Shown piece after piece: positions 54,689-64,000 of a stretch of 64,000 nucleotides of DNA (position 1 is its first letter; each line of letters begins with the position of its first letter). The stretch lies in contig OY968762.1 of the NCBI GenBank assembly GCA_963695225.1, positions 896,001-960,000 on the forward strand, given 5' to 3'. The stretch is from Vulcanimicrobiota bacterium. Lineage in GTDB: Bacteria > Vulcanimicrobiota > Vulcanimicrobiia > Vulcanimicrobiales > Vulcanimicrobiaceae. The position numbers were made by a program, and so were the translations under genes. A model generated the notes under the pieces. That model did no database searches. It had not been told where the DNA came from and saw only the letters and a list, made by a program, of their open reading frames with translations.

Positions 54689-55774
54689 TCAGGGATGCGC
54701 GAAGAGCGGAGTCATCGGAACCACCAGCACGTCGTCGGCGTGGCGCAGGTGGCCGTCGAGGCCGAGCGCGTCCTCGATCGTGCGGAGTAGGCTGTAATGG
54801 TCGTACGGGGTCGGATCGGCGAGCCCGCGCGGACCGTGGTTCGTGATCACGATCGTGGGGATGTGGCCTCCGCCCGGGTTGTGGTCGTCGACCGGGACGC
54901 AACACGATTGCACGCTGCCCGGGATGCGATCGGCCTTGCCGTCTTCGTCCCAGGTCAGCACGATCGCAGTGTTTCCCGTGCTCCAGATCGGCGACGCCTG
55001 GATCTGCGCGACCAGGTCGCGCACGTACGCGTCGCCGCGACGCACGAGCCCTTCGTCGTCCCCCGCGCAATCGGGCGGTGATTTCGGGCCGCCGACGCCG
55101 TGCATCTCGTTGCACTGGTTCGGGACGACGAGCGCGAAGGCCGGAACGTCTCCGCTGCGCAGATCGGCGCGCAGCGCGTCGAAGCCGACGAGCTTCTGCG
55201 CGAGCTTCGGATCGCCGGGTGTCGTGACGAAATTGGTGAAGCCGGTGTGCTTGGCCGCGTAGAGCCCGGCCGGCAGCGTATCGCTCGCGGGCGAGACGAC
55301 GGCGAGCGAGCCGGGCGCGGGGAGGTTCTCCAAGTAGGCCCGCCAGCCGAGTCCCTTCGCTTCCAACTGGGTCGCGAGGTTGGGTCCCACGACGAGATGC
55401 GGGACGTAACCGGGCGTGTTCGAGCCTTTGCAGAACGCGGCGGCCGAACCTGGGATGCAATACCATGCGTCGTCGTCGGCGATGCCGAACGTGTCCCCGC
55501 CGATCAGCGCGACGTAGTTCGGCTCGCTCGGATGGCGCTCCGCGAACATCTGCGTCGCGCTGCCGTACGTCTTCGCGAGGTTCGCGATCGTGGGCGCGTA
55601 ACCGCGTTCGAAGATGGTCGAGTAGCCTTTGTTTTCCTCGACGATGACGAGGATGTGATCGTAATGAGATACGGCGAGGTCACGATCCGTCTGCATGGCG
55701 ACTGCTCCCCCGAAGGGGAGCAGTGCCGTGCAGATCGCGAGCGCAGCCGAGAGAAGCTTGCCGCGCTGAACCAC
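54689..55774 (-). CDS. Secreted phosphoesterase-family acid phosphatase
   Basis: HILVIVEEN, HPSEPNY, YAAKH, PNQCNEMH, TWDE, HYSLLRTIED. Confidence 0.88.
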   Translation of the reverse strand: MVQRGKLLSAALAICTALLPFGGAVAMQTDRDLAVSHYDHILVIVEENKGYSTIFERGYAPTIANLAKTYGSATQMFAERHPSEPNYVALIGGDTFGIADDDAWYCIPGSAAAFCKGSNTPGYVPHLVVGPNLATQLEAKGLGWRAYLENLPAPGSLAVVSPASDTLPAGLYAAKHTGFTNFVTTPGDPKLAQKLVGFDALRADLRSGDVPAFALVVPNQCNEMHGVGGPKSPPDCAGDDEGLVRRGDAYVRDLVAQIQASPIWSTGNTAIVLTWDEDGKADRIPGSVQSCCVPVDDHNPGGGHIPTIVITNHGPRGLADPTPYDHYSLLRTIEDALGLDGHLRHADDVLVVPMTPLFAHP

Positions 55775-55776
55775 GC

Positions 55777-58503
55777 TTAGAGTTTCTGCTGGAAGGTCAG
55801 CGTGACCGTCGCCGGCGCCAGGCCGAAGAGTTCGCTCGGGCTCGGTGTGACCTGGCTGATGGAGTTCGTGATGGGCGCCGTTCCGAGGCCCAGATACCCG
55901 TAGTATTGGACCGCGTTGTTGAAGATGTTCGTGCCGCCGAGCGTCAGCAGCGAATCCTTGTTCTTCCCGAACGAGCGGCTCACGAACGCGTTGGAGTGCC
56001 AGTACGCGGAACGGTTGAGCGCGTTGTTCGAGCCCACGTAGTAGTTATCGAGCCGGAACTCCCAGGGGCCGGGCGCCACGTCGAGCGAGAGCGACGCCTG
56101 ATGGAGCGGGATGCCGGAGATCTGGGCGCCGTTGACGACCGTCGGGTTGTTGAGCAGGATGTTGTCGTCGATGCCCGACTTCACGGACGATTCGATGTAG
56201 TATCCGTAATCGACGTAGGCGATCTTGGCGAAGCGCTGGCGGCCGGTGAACTCGATGCCGCGGGCCAGTGCGCTCGCGGCGTTGTAGTTCGTGCCGACCG
56301 AGAGATACTGCGGCAGCGTCGCGAGCGTGATGTTTTCGCCGGGGCACTGCGATTGCAGACGCTGCAGATACGTCTGCAAGACGTTACCCTGGAAGGAGAC
56401 GTTGTTGATGCCGTACTCCAGCAGCGGCTGCGAGGCGTTGAAGATCTGCCCCTGAACCGCCGTCACGTAGGCGTTGAGCTGGACGTTGCTGTCTCCGGAG
56501 AAGCGGTGGCCGTAGCCGAACTCGAAGTCGTTCGCGCTCTCGGCCTTCAGGTTCGGGTTCCCTGCGGTTGCGACGTCGTTGTAGCCTCCGCAGTTGACGC
56601 TGGTCAGAGAGGCCCCCGGATCCAGCGCGACGGCCGGGCCGCCGGCTTTGAGCTGCGGTGCCGGAGCGCCGTCCGAACGGCCGTACGTGAATTGCACGAC
56701 GTCGTGCGACGTCGGCCTGAACTGGACCGTGGCACGCGGGTCGAAGGTCGTCTGCTCGGTGACAGACGAGTGCTTGATCCATGCGTTTGCGAAGAGCGAG
56801 AGTTTGTCGCTGAACTGGTAGACGTCGCGAAGGAAGTAGCTGCCCTCTCCGAAGTACGCGTCCTTCACCTTGGGTTTCGTGTTCTCGGCCTCGCCGTTCT
56901 GCCGTTGGTGCCAATCGGTGACGCCGAAGGAGAGGTCGTTCCGGCCGAACGAGAGCGAGTCGGAGAGCAGGTACCCGGCCGTGTTGTAGTAGTTCGCGTA
57001 CGTCGCGCCGATATACGCGCCGGTCGGGTCGATGCCGCCGGAGAGGCTGCTGTCCTTCCAGAACCAGTAGTTGTTGCGGAAGCCCGACGCCATGAGCGTG
57101 TGCTTGCCGAGTTGCGTCGTCAAGGACGCGCTGTAGTCGCGCATGCTCGTCGAACGCTGGCGGCCCGCGCCGCCGCCGTCGGGACCGTACGTCGCCGCGG
57201 CGAATTGCTGCGCCGTGTAGCACGCCGTCGTTCCGCCGATCGGATCGGTAACGACCGTGTAGCCTGCGGTGCCCGACGCCGTCGTGCAGTCCGGCGTGCC
57301 GCTCTGCACTTGCCCCAAGCGCACGGAGTACGGCAGGTAGTCGTTGTCGCCGTTGCCGGTCGAGTCCGACCACTGCACCGAGGTATACGCCGTCAGCTTC
57401 AGGTTCGTGACCGGGCTGAGCGCGTAGGTAAGTTTCGCGAGGCCGATGCTCTGCTGCGTGTTTTGGCTGACGGCGTACGTGTTCACCGCCAGGTTGCAGG
57501 CGCTGACGTCGTTCGAGCTGCCCGCGCACGCGCCGTTAGGATTCGCGGAGCCGGGATCGACGTTGTCCGGACGCGCCGATTGGGCGATTTGCCCCGGAAA
57601 GAAATTGCCGTACTCGCCGAACCGGCCGCCGGCGAACGCGTACCCCAACTTGCCCAGCATGCCGGTCGCCGTGAGCGCAGTCCCCAGGATGCCCGCGCCC
57701 CCGATCTGCTGCTGGAACGAGAGATGCGGTGCGATCGTCGGGTTGATCGTCACGTAGTTCACGGCGCCGCCGATCGTGTCGCTGCCGAAGAGGCCTTGCG
57801 CGCCCGATCCGTACGTCACGTCGATCGAGCTCAAGCCGTAGGCGGGCCCGAGCGAGAAGTTGAAGGCGCCGCCCCCGACGCCGAGCGGTCCGACCGGATG
57901 CCCGTCGAACAGCGAAGCCGTCTCGCTCGAGCCGAGGCCTCGCAGGTTGATGCTCGCGTCGTCGCCGACGGAGGACGAGGTCGAGAAGTTCGTGCCCGGT
58001 AACGTGCCGAGCTGATCCGAGATGCGGATTTGCCCGGTTTGCGTCACGTTCTCGACGTTGATCTTCTGCGAGATGGTCGTCGCCGCGCTCAGCGCGTTCG
58101 ACGAGCTCGCCGAGACGCGTGCAATGACCGCAGTGCCGCCGCGCGCGGTCGTCGTCGCGAGCGTAAGCGCCGCGTTGAACGTCGTCGTCGAGCCTGAAAC
58201 AACCGCGATGCCGGACGTTGCCGCCGAGTCGTAGCCGCGCGCCGAAACAGTGATCGTGTAGATGCCCGGCGCGACGCTGCCGAATTGGTAGCGGCCGTTC
58301 GCATCGGTCGCCGTCGTGGCGCCCGTCGTATCCTCACTCCCCAAGGCCACCGACGCGCCGGCGACCGGGAGTGCGTTGCGTTGATCGATCACGAGACCCG
58401 CGATCGTCGCCGATGCCGCTTGCGCGCGCACCGGAACGGAAGAAATAAAGAAGAGGGCCGCGCACAAAAGGGCGGCACAGGAACGTACCAGCCAAGTATT
58501 CAT
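55777..58503 (-). CDS. TonB-dependent receptor with N-terminal carboxypeptidase-regulatory-like domain
   Basis: Signal peptide; plug motifs INLRG, FDGHP, IGGAVN; GNPNLKAE; amphipathic C-terminus. Confidence 0.88.
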   Translation of the reverse strand: MNTWLVRSCAALLCAALFFISSVPVRAQAASATIAGLVIDQRNALPVAGASVALGSEDTTGATTATDANGRYQFGSVAPGIYTITVSARGYDSAATSGIAVVSGSTTTFNAALTLATTTARGGTAVIARVSASSSNALSAATTISQKINVENVTQTGQIRISDQLGTLPGTNFSTSSSVGDDASINLRGLGSSETASLFDGHPVGPLGVGGGAFNFSLGPAYGLSSIDVTYGSGAQGLFGSDTIGGAVNYVTINPTIAPHLSFQQQIGGAGILGTALTATGMLGKLGYAFAGGRFGEYGNFFPGQIAQSARPDNVDPGSANPNGACAGSSNDVSACNLAVNTYAVSQNTQQSIGLAKLTYALSPVTNLKLTAYTSVQWSDSTGNGDNDYLPYSVRLGQVQSGTPDCTTASGTAGYTVVTDPIGGTTACYTAQQFAAATYGPDGGGAGRQRSTSMRDYSASLTTQLGKHTLMASGFRNNYWFWKDSSLSGGIDPTGAYIGATYANYYNTAGYLLSDSLSFGRNDLSFGVTDWHQRQNGEAENTKPKVKDAYFGEGSYFLRDVYQFSDKLSLFANAWIKHSSVTEQTTFDPRATVQFRPTSHDVVQFTYGRSDGAPAPQLKAGGPAVALDPGASLTSVNCGGYNDVATAGNPNLKAESANDFEFGYGHRFSGDSNVQLNAYVTAVQGQIFNASQPLLEYGINNVSFQGNVLQTYLQRLQSQCPGENITLATLPQYLSVGTNYNAASALARGIEFTGRQRFAKIAYVDYGYYIESSVKSGIDDNILLNNPTVVNGAQISGIPLHQASLSLDVAPGPWEFRLDNYYVGSNNALNRSAYWHSNAFVSRSFGKNKDSLLTLGGTNIFNNAVQYYGYLGLGTAPITNSISQVTPSPSELFGLAPATVTLTFQQKL

Positions 58504-58509
58504 GCCCGT

Positions 58510-58563
58510 ACGATAGGGGCGGCATGTTAAGACAAGTTCATGATCTTATTAAGTTCGTGTGAT
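58510..58563 (-). promoter_or_regulatory. Pho-box-like 11-bp-periodic direct repeats and -10 element for the TBDR operon
   Basis: ATCACA-N5-TTAATA-N5-ATGAAC-N5-TTAACA-N9-TATCGT-N6-ATG. Confidence 0.6.
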
Positions 58564-58616
58564 GCGCCTTCGCGCGTTCCCCGGCCTTGCGCTCGTGGTG
58601 TATGATCTTTCGCGTT

Positions 58617-59546
58617 ATGTTGCTTCCCGCATTGCCGCCGCAGGCGGTTCCTGTCTACGGCGCCTTCGATTACGTCACGGTCGACGCACAGCGCCGGCGC
58701 GTCTACGCTGCACACGGCGGCAGTAAGACGTTACTCGTCGTCGATGCGGATAGCGGTAAGGTGCTCAAGCAGATCAAAGTCGGGCCGATGGCCGGCGTGG
58801 CCTTCGATCCCGCGAACGGGCACGTGTTCACGGGCAACGGTGCCGGCGGCAGCGTCAGCGAAGTCGATCCTGCCGCGGCCACGGTCCTCCGCACGACGGA
58901 TCTCGGCGCGCCGGTCGACGCCATTGCCTACGACGCGGCGACCGGACGCATCTACGCGGATGAGGACAACGGAACTCGACTGTTCGTCATCGACGCAAAG
59001 ACGATGAGCCTCGTCAAGACCGTCACGTTGCCCGGCCACAAGCCAGAGTATCTCGCAGTCGACCCGAAGACGCACGACGTCTATCAGAACATCGCCGACG
59101 CGGCGGAGTTCGTCGTCGTCGACGCGGCGTCGCTCGCCGTGAAGCGCACGATCAAGACGCCGGAACTCTCCGGGAATCATCCGCTGCAGTACGACGCCGA
59201 GTTCGGTCAAATCGTCGTGGCCGGAACGAACGGCGTGATGAGCGCGTACACGCCGGCGGGCGTGAAGCTCGGCTCGCTCGGCGTCCCACGCTTCGATCAA
59301 TGCAACCTCGATCCCACGCAGCACGTCCTGGCGTGCGCCGGCGACGGCGGCATCTCGCGCTATCAGCTCGCGCGCGATGCCGCGCCCGCGCTGCTCGATC
59401 GGACTTCGGTCGACGCGGGCGTCCACACGACGGCGATCGACCCGTCCACTCACGCCGTGTTCGGCGTGTGGGCCACGCGGGACGGCAGCGGCGACTTCGT
59501 GCAAAAGTTCACGCCGGCCGCCGCGGCGCCGTCCCCTTCGCGCTAG
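58617..59546 (+). CDS. YncE/YVTN-type beta-propeller protein (start 58602 or 58617)
   Basis: FDYVTVD...RRVYAAH; repeated xAxDP blades. Confidence 0.82.
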   Translation: MLLPALPPQAVPVYGAFDYVTVDAQRRRVYAAHGGSKTLLVVDADSGKVLKQIKVGPMAGVAFDPANGHVFTGNGAGGSVSEVDPAAATVLRTTDLGAPVDAIAYDAATGRIYADEDNGTRLFVIDAKTMSLVKTVTLPGHKPEYLAVDPKTHDVYQNIADAAEFVVVDAASLAVKRTIKTPELSGNHPLQYDAEFGQIVVAGTNGVMSAYTPAGVKLGSLGVPRFDQCNLDPTQHVLACAGDGGISRYQLARDAAPALLDRTSVDAGVHTTAIDPSTHAVFGVWATRDGSGDFVQKFTPAAAAPSPSR

Positions 59547-60565
59547 GCTGACTCGCCGTTCGCGACGATCGCGTCGCGTAGGGCGTGCCCCGGCGGCACG
59601 GCGTAATCGATTCCGACGATCGAATCGACGACGTGCGCGTGCGTGCCGATCGTCGCGCGATCCCATACGATCGAACGCTCGACGACGGCACCGTCGCCGA
59701 TGAAGACGGCGTCGCCGATCACGCTCGGCCCGATCACTCGGACGCCGTTTCCGAGTTGCGCACGCGCGCCGATGCGCACGTCGCCCTCGATCAGGACATC
59801 GTCGCCGAGTGCCGCATCGCGCGGGATCCCCTTCGCGCGCGCTCCCGGGAGGCGAACCTTCCCGGAGAGCACGTCGTGCGTCGCGCGCCGGTACTCGCCG
59901 GGAGTGCCGATGTCGCACCAATACGCTCCCGGCAATTCGAGCCCGTAGAACGCCGCGCTCTCGCTCTGCAACTGCGGGAAGACCTGCTTGCCGAAATCGT
60001 AGAACTCACCGGCCGGAATGCGTTTGAAAATCTCCGGCTCGAACACGTAGATTCCGGTATTCACGAGATGCGACTTCTCGGTCCCCGCCGCCGGCTTCTC
60101 CTGGAACTCGACGATGCGGCCCGTATCGTCGACGACGACGACGCCGTAGTGCGAAACGTCTTCGGCCGGGACGAGCGCGATCGTAGCCAGCGCGCCGCGC
60201 TTGCGGTGGAAATCGATCAGCGCGTCGAGGCGCAGGTCCGTGAGGTCGTCGCAGCCGACGACGACGAACGTCTCGTCGAAGTATGACTCCATCTGCTTTA
60301 CGGCGCCCGCGCTGCCGAGTAGCTTCGCCTCGTGCAGGTACTCGAGCTTCACGCCATACGCGGAGCCGTCGCCGAACGTCGACGTGATCGCCTCGGCGAG
60401 GTAATGCACGTTGATCGCGACGTCTTCGATCCCGAACGAGCGCAGATATCGCATGACGTGCGCGCTGTTCGGTTCGCCGTCGACGGGGACCAGGGGTTTG
60501 GGCACCTGGCGCGTCAGCGGGTAGAGCCGGGTGCTGAGCCCACCGGCCAGGATCATCGCTTTCAC
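59543..60565 (-). CDS. NDP-sugar pyrophosphorylase (mannose-1-phosphate guanylyltransferase-like)
   Basis: MILAGGLSTRLYPLT...PKPL, FQEKP, NTGIY, WCDIGT; hexapeptide tail. Confidence 0.9.
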   Translation of the reverse strand: MKAMILAGGLSTRLYPLTRQVPKPLVPVDGEPNSAHVMRYLRSFGIEDVAINVHYLAEAITSTFGDGSAYGVKLEYLHEAKLLGSAGAVKQMESYFDETFVVVGCDDLTDLRLDALIDFHRKRGALATIALVPAEDVSHYGVVVVDDTGRIVEFQEKPAAGTEKSHLVNTGIYVFEPEIFKRIPAGEFYDFGKQVFPQLQSESAAFYGLELPGAYWCDIGTPGEYRRATHDVLSGKVRLPGARAKGIPRDAALGDDVLIEGDVRIGARAQLGNGVRVIGPSVIGDAVFIGDGAVVERSIVWDRATIGTHAHVVDSIVGIDYAVPPGHALRDAIVANGESA

Positions 60566-61314
60566 CGTGTCGCCTCCGTTGTGTTCCCGGCAAATGCCCG
60601 CTCGCGCAATGCGAGGAGCACGAACAGCGGAAGCGCGAGTTGCCTGCGCCAACGCTGCGGTTCCTTGAGCAATCGATAGAGCCACTCGAGGTTGAGACGG
60701 CGCCATCGTTCGGGCGCGCGCTCGACATTCCCGGCCAGAACGTCGAACGAACCGCCGACGCCGATCCCGACGCGCGCGCCGGTCGCCCCGAGGTTCGCTC
60801 GAATCCATAATTCCTGCCGCGGCGATCCGAGCCCGACCAGCACGACGCTCGCGCCGGTCGCGGCGATCTCGTGCGCGACCGCGGCATCCTGGGCCGGCGG
60901 AAAATAGCCGTCCCGGGATCCCGCGATGCGCAGCCCCGGGTGCCGCGCCAGGAGCGCGGCCCCCGCCCGCGCGGCCGTATCGCCTTTAGAGCCGAGCAGA
61001 TACAGCGAGAGCCCTTCGGCCGCGAGCGCGGCGCACAGCGGGTCGATGAGATCGACGCCCGTCACGCGCTCGGGGATGCGCACGCCGTACATGCGCGCGG
61101 CATACAGGACGCCGATCGTGTCGCAGAGCGAGAGCGCGGCGGAGTTGACCGCGGCGCGGAACGCCGCGTCACGCTGCGCCGCGACGATCATCTCCGTCCC
61201 GAGCGTCACGACGAGGCTCGCGCCTTCTCCCTTCGCCAGCGCCGCGATGCGCCGCACGGCATCGGCGCCGCCGGTCGCATCGACACGACAGCCGAGGATC
61301 CGCACGCGTTCCAC
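60562..61314 (-). CDS. WecG/TagA/CpsF family glycosyltransferase
   Basis: ERVTGVDL, VGLGSPRQE, GVGGSFD, RAP, LEWLYRL. Confidence 0.93.
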   Translation of the reverse strand: MERVRILGCRVDATGGADAVRRIAALAKGEGASLVVTLGTEMIVAAQRDAAFRAAVNSAALSLCDTIGVLYAARMYGVRIPERVTGVDLIDPLCAALAAEGLSLYLLGSKGDTAARAGAALLARHPGLRIAGSRDGYFPPAQDAAVAHEIAATGASVVLVGLGSPRQELWIRANLGATGARVGIGVGGSFDVLAGNVERAPERWRRLNLEWLYRLLKEPQRWRRQLALPLFVLLALRERAFAGNTTEATR

Positions 61315-62240
61315 TAGCGCGCGGGGCTACCGACCTCGCGAGCGCTCGAGCGATACGGTTCGAGCAACGCGCCGAGGGATTCAGCAAGCGCCGTGGGCAT
61401 CGCGCCGAGCGGCGAACGGCACGGGCCGACGCTAAAGCCGAATTCGCCCATCGCCCACTTCACCGGGATCGGGCTGGACGTTTCGAAGAGGGCGCGGAAG
61501 AGCGGCGTCACCTGCAAGTGCAATTCCGCGGCGCGCGCGACGTCGCCGCGCGCGTGCGCTTCGAGCAGCTCGCGCAGTTCTCGGCCGCAGACGTGCGCCG
61601 CGACGCTGATCAGGCCGTTTCCCCCGAGCGCGAGCGTCGGCAAGAACAGGTGGTCGTCGCCCGACCAGAACGAGAAACCAGGGGCTCGCCCCCGCAAGAT
61701 CGCGGAGAACTGCCCGAAATCCCCGCTCGACTCTTTCACGCCCACGACGTTCGCATGGCGCCGCGCGAGTTCGAGCAGCGTCTCCGGCTTCATGTTCGCG
61801 CCCGTTCGCGAGGGGATGTTGTAGATGACGAGCGGGAGTTTCGTCGCCTCCGCGATCGCACCGAAGTGCGCGAGCATGCCGTCCTGCGTCGGCTTGCAAT
61901 ACGCGGGCACGGTCGCCAGGATCCCGTCGGCGCCCGCCGCTTCGGCGCGCTTCGTCAGCGCCACGGAGGCCTTCGTGTTCGGCCCCGTCGCCCCGGCGAC
62001 GACCGAGGCGGTCGCACCGACGGCGGCCTTCACCGCGCCGAACAGCGCGATCTTCTCCTCGTCGTCGAGCGCCGTCCCCTCACCGGTCGAGCCGGCGACC
62101 ACGAGCCCTTCGTTTCCCTGTTCGACGAGCCAGCGGGCGATGCGACCCGCTTCCCTGAGATCGAGTTCGCCGTCGCTGCCGAACGGCGTGACCATCGCCG
62201 TCAGCAAACGGCCGAGCTGTGGGCGTGCAGGCGTCGTCAT
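61314..62240 (-). CDS. dapA: 4-hydroxy-tetrahydrodipicolinate synthase
   Basis: AMVTPF, GSTGE, YNIPSRT, GVKES, PIPVK. Confidence 0.95.
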   Translation of the reverse strand: MTTPARPQLGRLLTAMVTPFGSDGELDLREAGRIARWLVEQGNEGLVVAGSTGEGTALDDEEKIALFGAVKAAVGATASVVAGATGPNTKASVALTKRAEAAGADGILATVPAYCKPTQDGMLAHFGAIAEATKLPLVIYNIPSRTGANMKPETLLELARRHANVVGVKESSGDFGQFSAILRGRAPGFSFWSGDDHLFLPTLALGGNGLISVAAHVCGRELRELLEAHARGDVARAAELHLQVTPLFRALFETSSPIPVKWAMGEFGFSVGPCRSPLGAMPTALAESLGALLEPYRSSAREVGSPAR

Positions 62241-63484
62241 GCTCCCCCTTTCGCCGCGGCGGAGTGTGCGGTTTGCGATGCCGATCGACCGAGCCCGAAG
62301 GCATCGTGGACAGCCTGCTCCGCCCGCGCCACGTCCTCCTCCGCGACGAGGACCGAGATCGTGATATTGCTGTCCGTGGAGTGGATGATCTCGACTTCCG
62401 CCGCCGTCAAGGCCTGCACGACGCGGAACATGACGCCGGAAGTCCCGCGCATCCCCGCGCCGACGATCGAGATCTTCGCGCAGTGCGAACGGACGCGGAT
62501 CGCGAGATTCAAATCCGAAAGCTCGCGCCGCACGAGATCGACGTTAGGCGAATCGCACACGAAGAAGATCCCGGCGTTGTTCACGTTGATCATGTCGATC
62601 GAGATCTCGCGCTCCGCCAGCCGCCCGAACAGCGTCTCCTCGAGCTTTGCACGCGCCGCGAAATCGTCGATATCCCCTTGGATCACCCGGAAGAACACGA
62701 TGTCGCGCAGCGCCGTGATCCCCGTGACGGGGGACAGCCGGTTCGGCACCGAGCCGTCGTCGATCGTGGTCCCGACGTTGCTGCGCAGCCCCTTGACCGA
62801 ATACGGCGTCTGCGTCAGGCGGGCGTAATCCGCACCTTTCGCGTGCATGACCTTCGCTCCGTCGTTCGCGAGTTCGACCATCTCGTCGTGGTTGACGCGC
62901 GCGATGGGGTGCGCGCCGGCGATCCGGCGCGGGTCCCCCGTCATGACGCCGCTGACGTCCGTGAAGATCTCGACCGACTCCGCCCCCAGCGCATCGCCGA
63001 GTGCGATCGCCGAGAGGTCGCTCCCGCCGCGGCCGAGCGTGGTGACGGCGCCCCATTCCGAGACGCCCTGGAACCCCGTGACCACGGGGACGATCCCGCG
63101 TTCGAGCGCGAGCACGACGTTCTGCACGTCGACGCGCAGAATCTTCGCATTCCCGAACGACTCGTCGGTGATGATGCCGGCTTGGGCGCCGGTCATCGCT
63201 TGCGCCGGCGCGCCGTAAGAGGTCAGCAGTTCCGCAAAGATCGCGCAGGCGATCGATTCCCCGCACGAGAGCAGCAGATCGCGGTTTGCGCTCGAGCGCG
63301 CCGGCCCGAGCAGCCCGCCGAGCGTATCGGTCGCGTACGGGTCCGGCGCTCGGCCCAGCGCCGAGCAGACGACGACGGGCGACATGCCGCGGGCGCGCGC
63401 CTCGAGCACGCGCGACGCCGCGATCTCGCGCAGTTCCGGCGAGGCCAGCGAACTGCCGCCGAATTTTTGGACGATGGTCTTCAT
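62237..63484 (-). CDS. dapG: Aspartate kinase (DapG-type)
   Basis: VQKFGGSS, PYATDTL, TTLGRGGSD, GAKVMH; ACT domains. Confidence 0.92.
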   Translation of the reverse strand: MKTIVQKFGGSSLASPELREIAASRVLEARARGMSPVVVCSALGRAPDPYATDTLGGLLGPARSSANRDLLLSCGESIACAIFAELLTSYGAPAQAMTGAQAGIITDESFGNAKILRVDVQNVVLALERGIVPVVTGFQGVSEWGAVTTLGRGGSDLSAIALGDALGAESVEIFTDVSGVMTGDPRRIAGAHPIARVNHDEMVELANDGAKVMHAKGADYARLTQTPYSVKGLRSNVGTTIDDGSVPNRLSPVTGITALRDIVFFRVIQGDIDDFAARAKLEETLFGRLAEREISIDMINVNNAGIFFVCDSPNVDLVRRELSDLNLAIRVRSHCAKISIVGAGMRGTSGVMFRVVQALTAAEVEIIHSTDSNITISVLVAEEDVARAEQAVHDAFGLGRSASQTAHSAAAKGGA

Positions 63485-64000
63485 TGTAACGTGCGGGTCC
63501 CTACCAACTTACGAGCCATGAGTGCTTCGAGGATCTGAACGGCGTTGAGCGCCGCACCCTTGCGAACCTGATCGCCGACGAGCCACATCTGGAAGTGGCG
63601 GCGCGAGGCCCCTTCGGCGCGCACGCGCGCCACGTGCACGAGATCGGTCCCTTCCACTTCGCGCGGCGTGACGATCCCCTCGGCGTGGAACGCTACGCCG
63701 GGCGCGTCGTGGAACGCCTGCGAGAGTTCCGCCGCGCTCGCGTTCCGCTCGGTCTCGACGAAGACGGCTTCGCTGTGCGCGAAGCGTACCGGAACGCGCA
63801 CCGTCGTCGCCGCGACGTGCAGTTCGGGGCGGCCGAGGATCTTGCGCGTCTCCTCGCAGACCTTCAGCTCCTCGCCGCTGTCGCCGTTCGCATCGAACGT
63901 GCCGATCTGCGGGATCACGTTGCGCGCGATCGGTGCGACGAAGGCGCGCGGGGAGGGTTCTTCTTCCGCCCGCGCGAGCGCCGCTTCGCCGGCGGCGAGC
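63481..64000 (-). CDS. asd: Aspartate-semialdehyde dehydrogenase (5' part outside window)
   Basis: NVIPQI, EE.K...ETRKI, VRVPVRFAHSE, DQVRKGAALNAVQI. Confidence 0.95.
   Translation of the reverse strand, partial: LAAGEAALARAEEEPSPRAFVAPIARNVIPQIGTFDANGDSGEELKVCEETRKILGRPELHVAATTVRVPVRFAHSEAVFVETERNASAAELSQAFHDAPGVAFHAEGIVTPREVEGTDLVHVARVRAEGASRRHFQMWLVGDQVRKGAALNAVQILEALMARKLVGTRTLQ

Overview
High-GC bacterial chromosomal window, mostly minus-strand housekeeping genes. The lineage is inferred, not proven, to be a diderm Terrabacteria-type organism such as Eremiobacterota/Vulcanimicrobiota: it combines a TonB-dependent receptor, a Gram-positive-type LexA box and a Bacillus-like asd-dapG-dapA cluster. 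The first 5.8 kb look like an eroded integrative element at the 3' end of tRNA-Phe. It carries Cu and Ni/Co uptake genes, two recombinase pseudogenes, arm-type repeats and a DUF6036-type toxin-antitoxin-like pair. Next come four tRNAs, a c-di-GMP phosphodiesterase, an SOS-boxed radical SAM gene, proC, thrS and tsaD. A mosaic purine region (16-36 kb) holds a GNAT-PurN fusion, two tandem archaeal-type PurP paralogues, a single-chain tandem PurS, an animal-PAICS-like PurC fused to a degenerate PurE, and a structured purB leader. A lower-GC islet encodes a lipoprotein with six ~354-bp repeats. The riboflavin genes are split into two blocks. RibBA carries an N-terminal XRE helix-turn-helix and lies directly downstream of a 12-bp perfect inverted repeat, suggesting an autoregulatory enzyme-repressor; this is the top candidate for an undescribed system. 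The window ends with a Pho-box-like TBDR/phosphatase/phytase operon and the dap genes. All family calls come from motif recognition by eye; no database searches were run.
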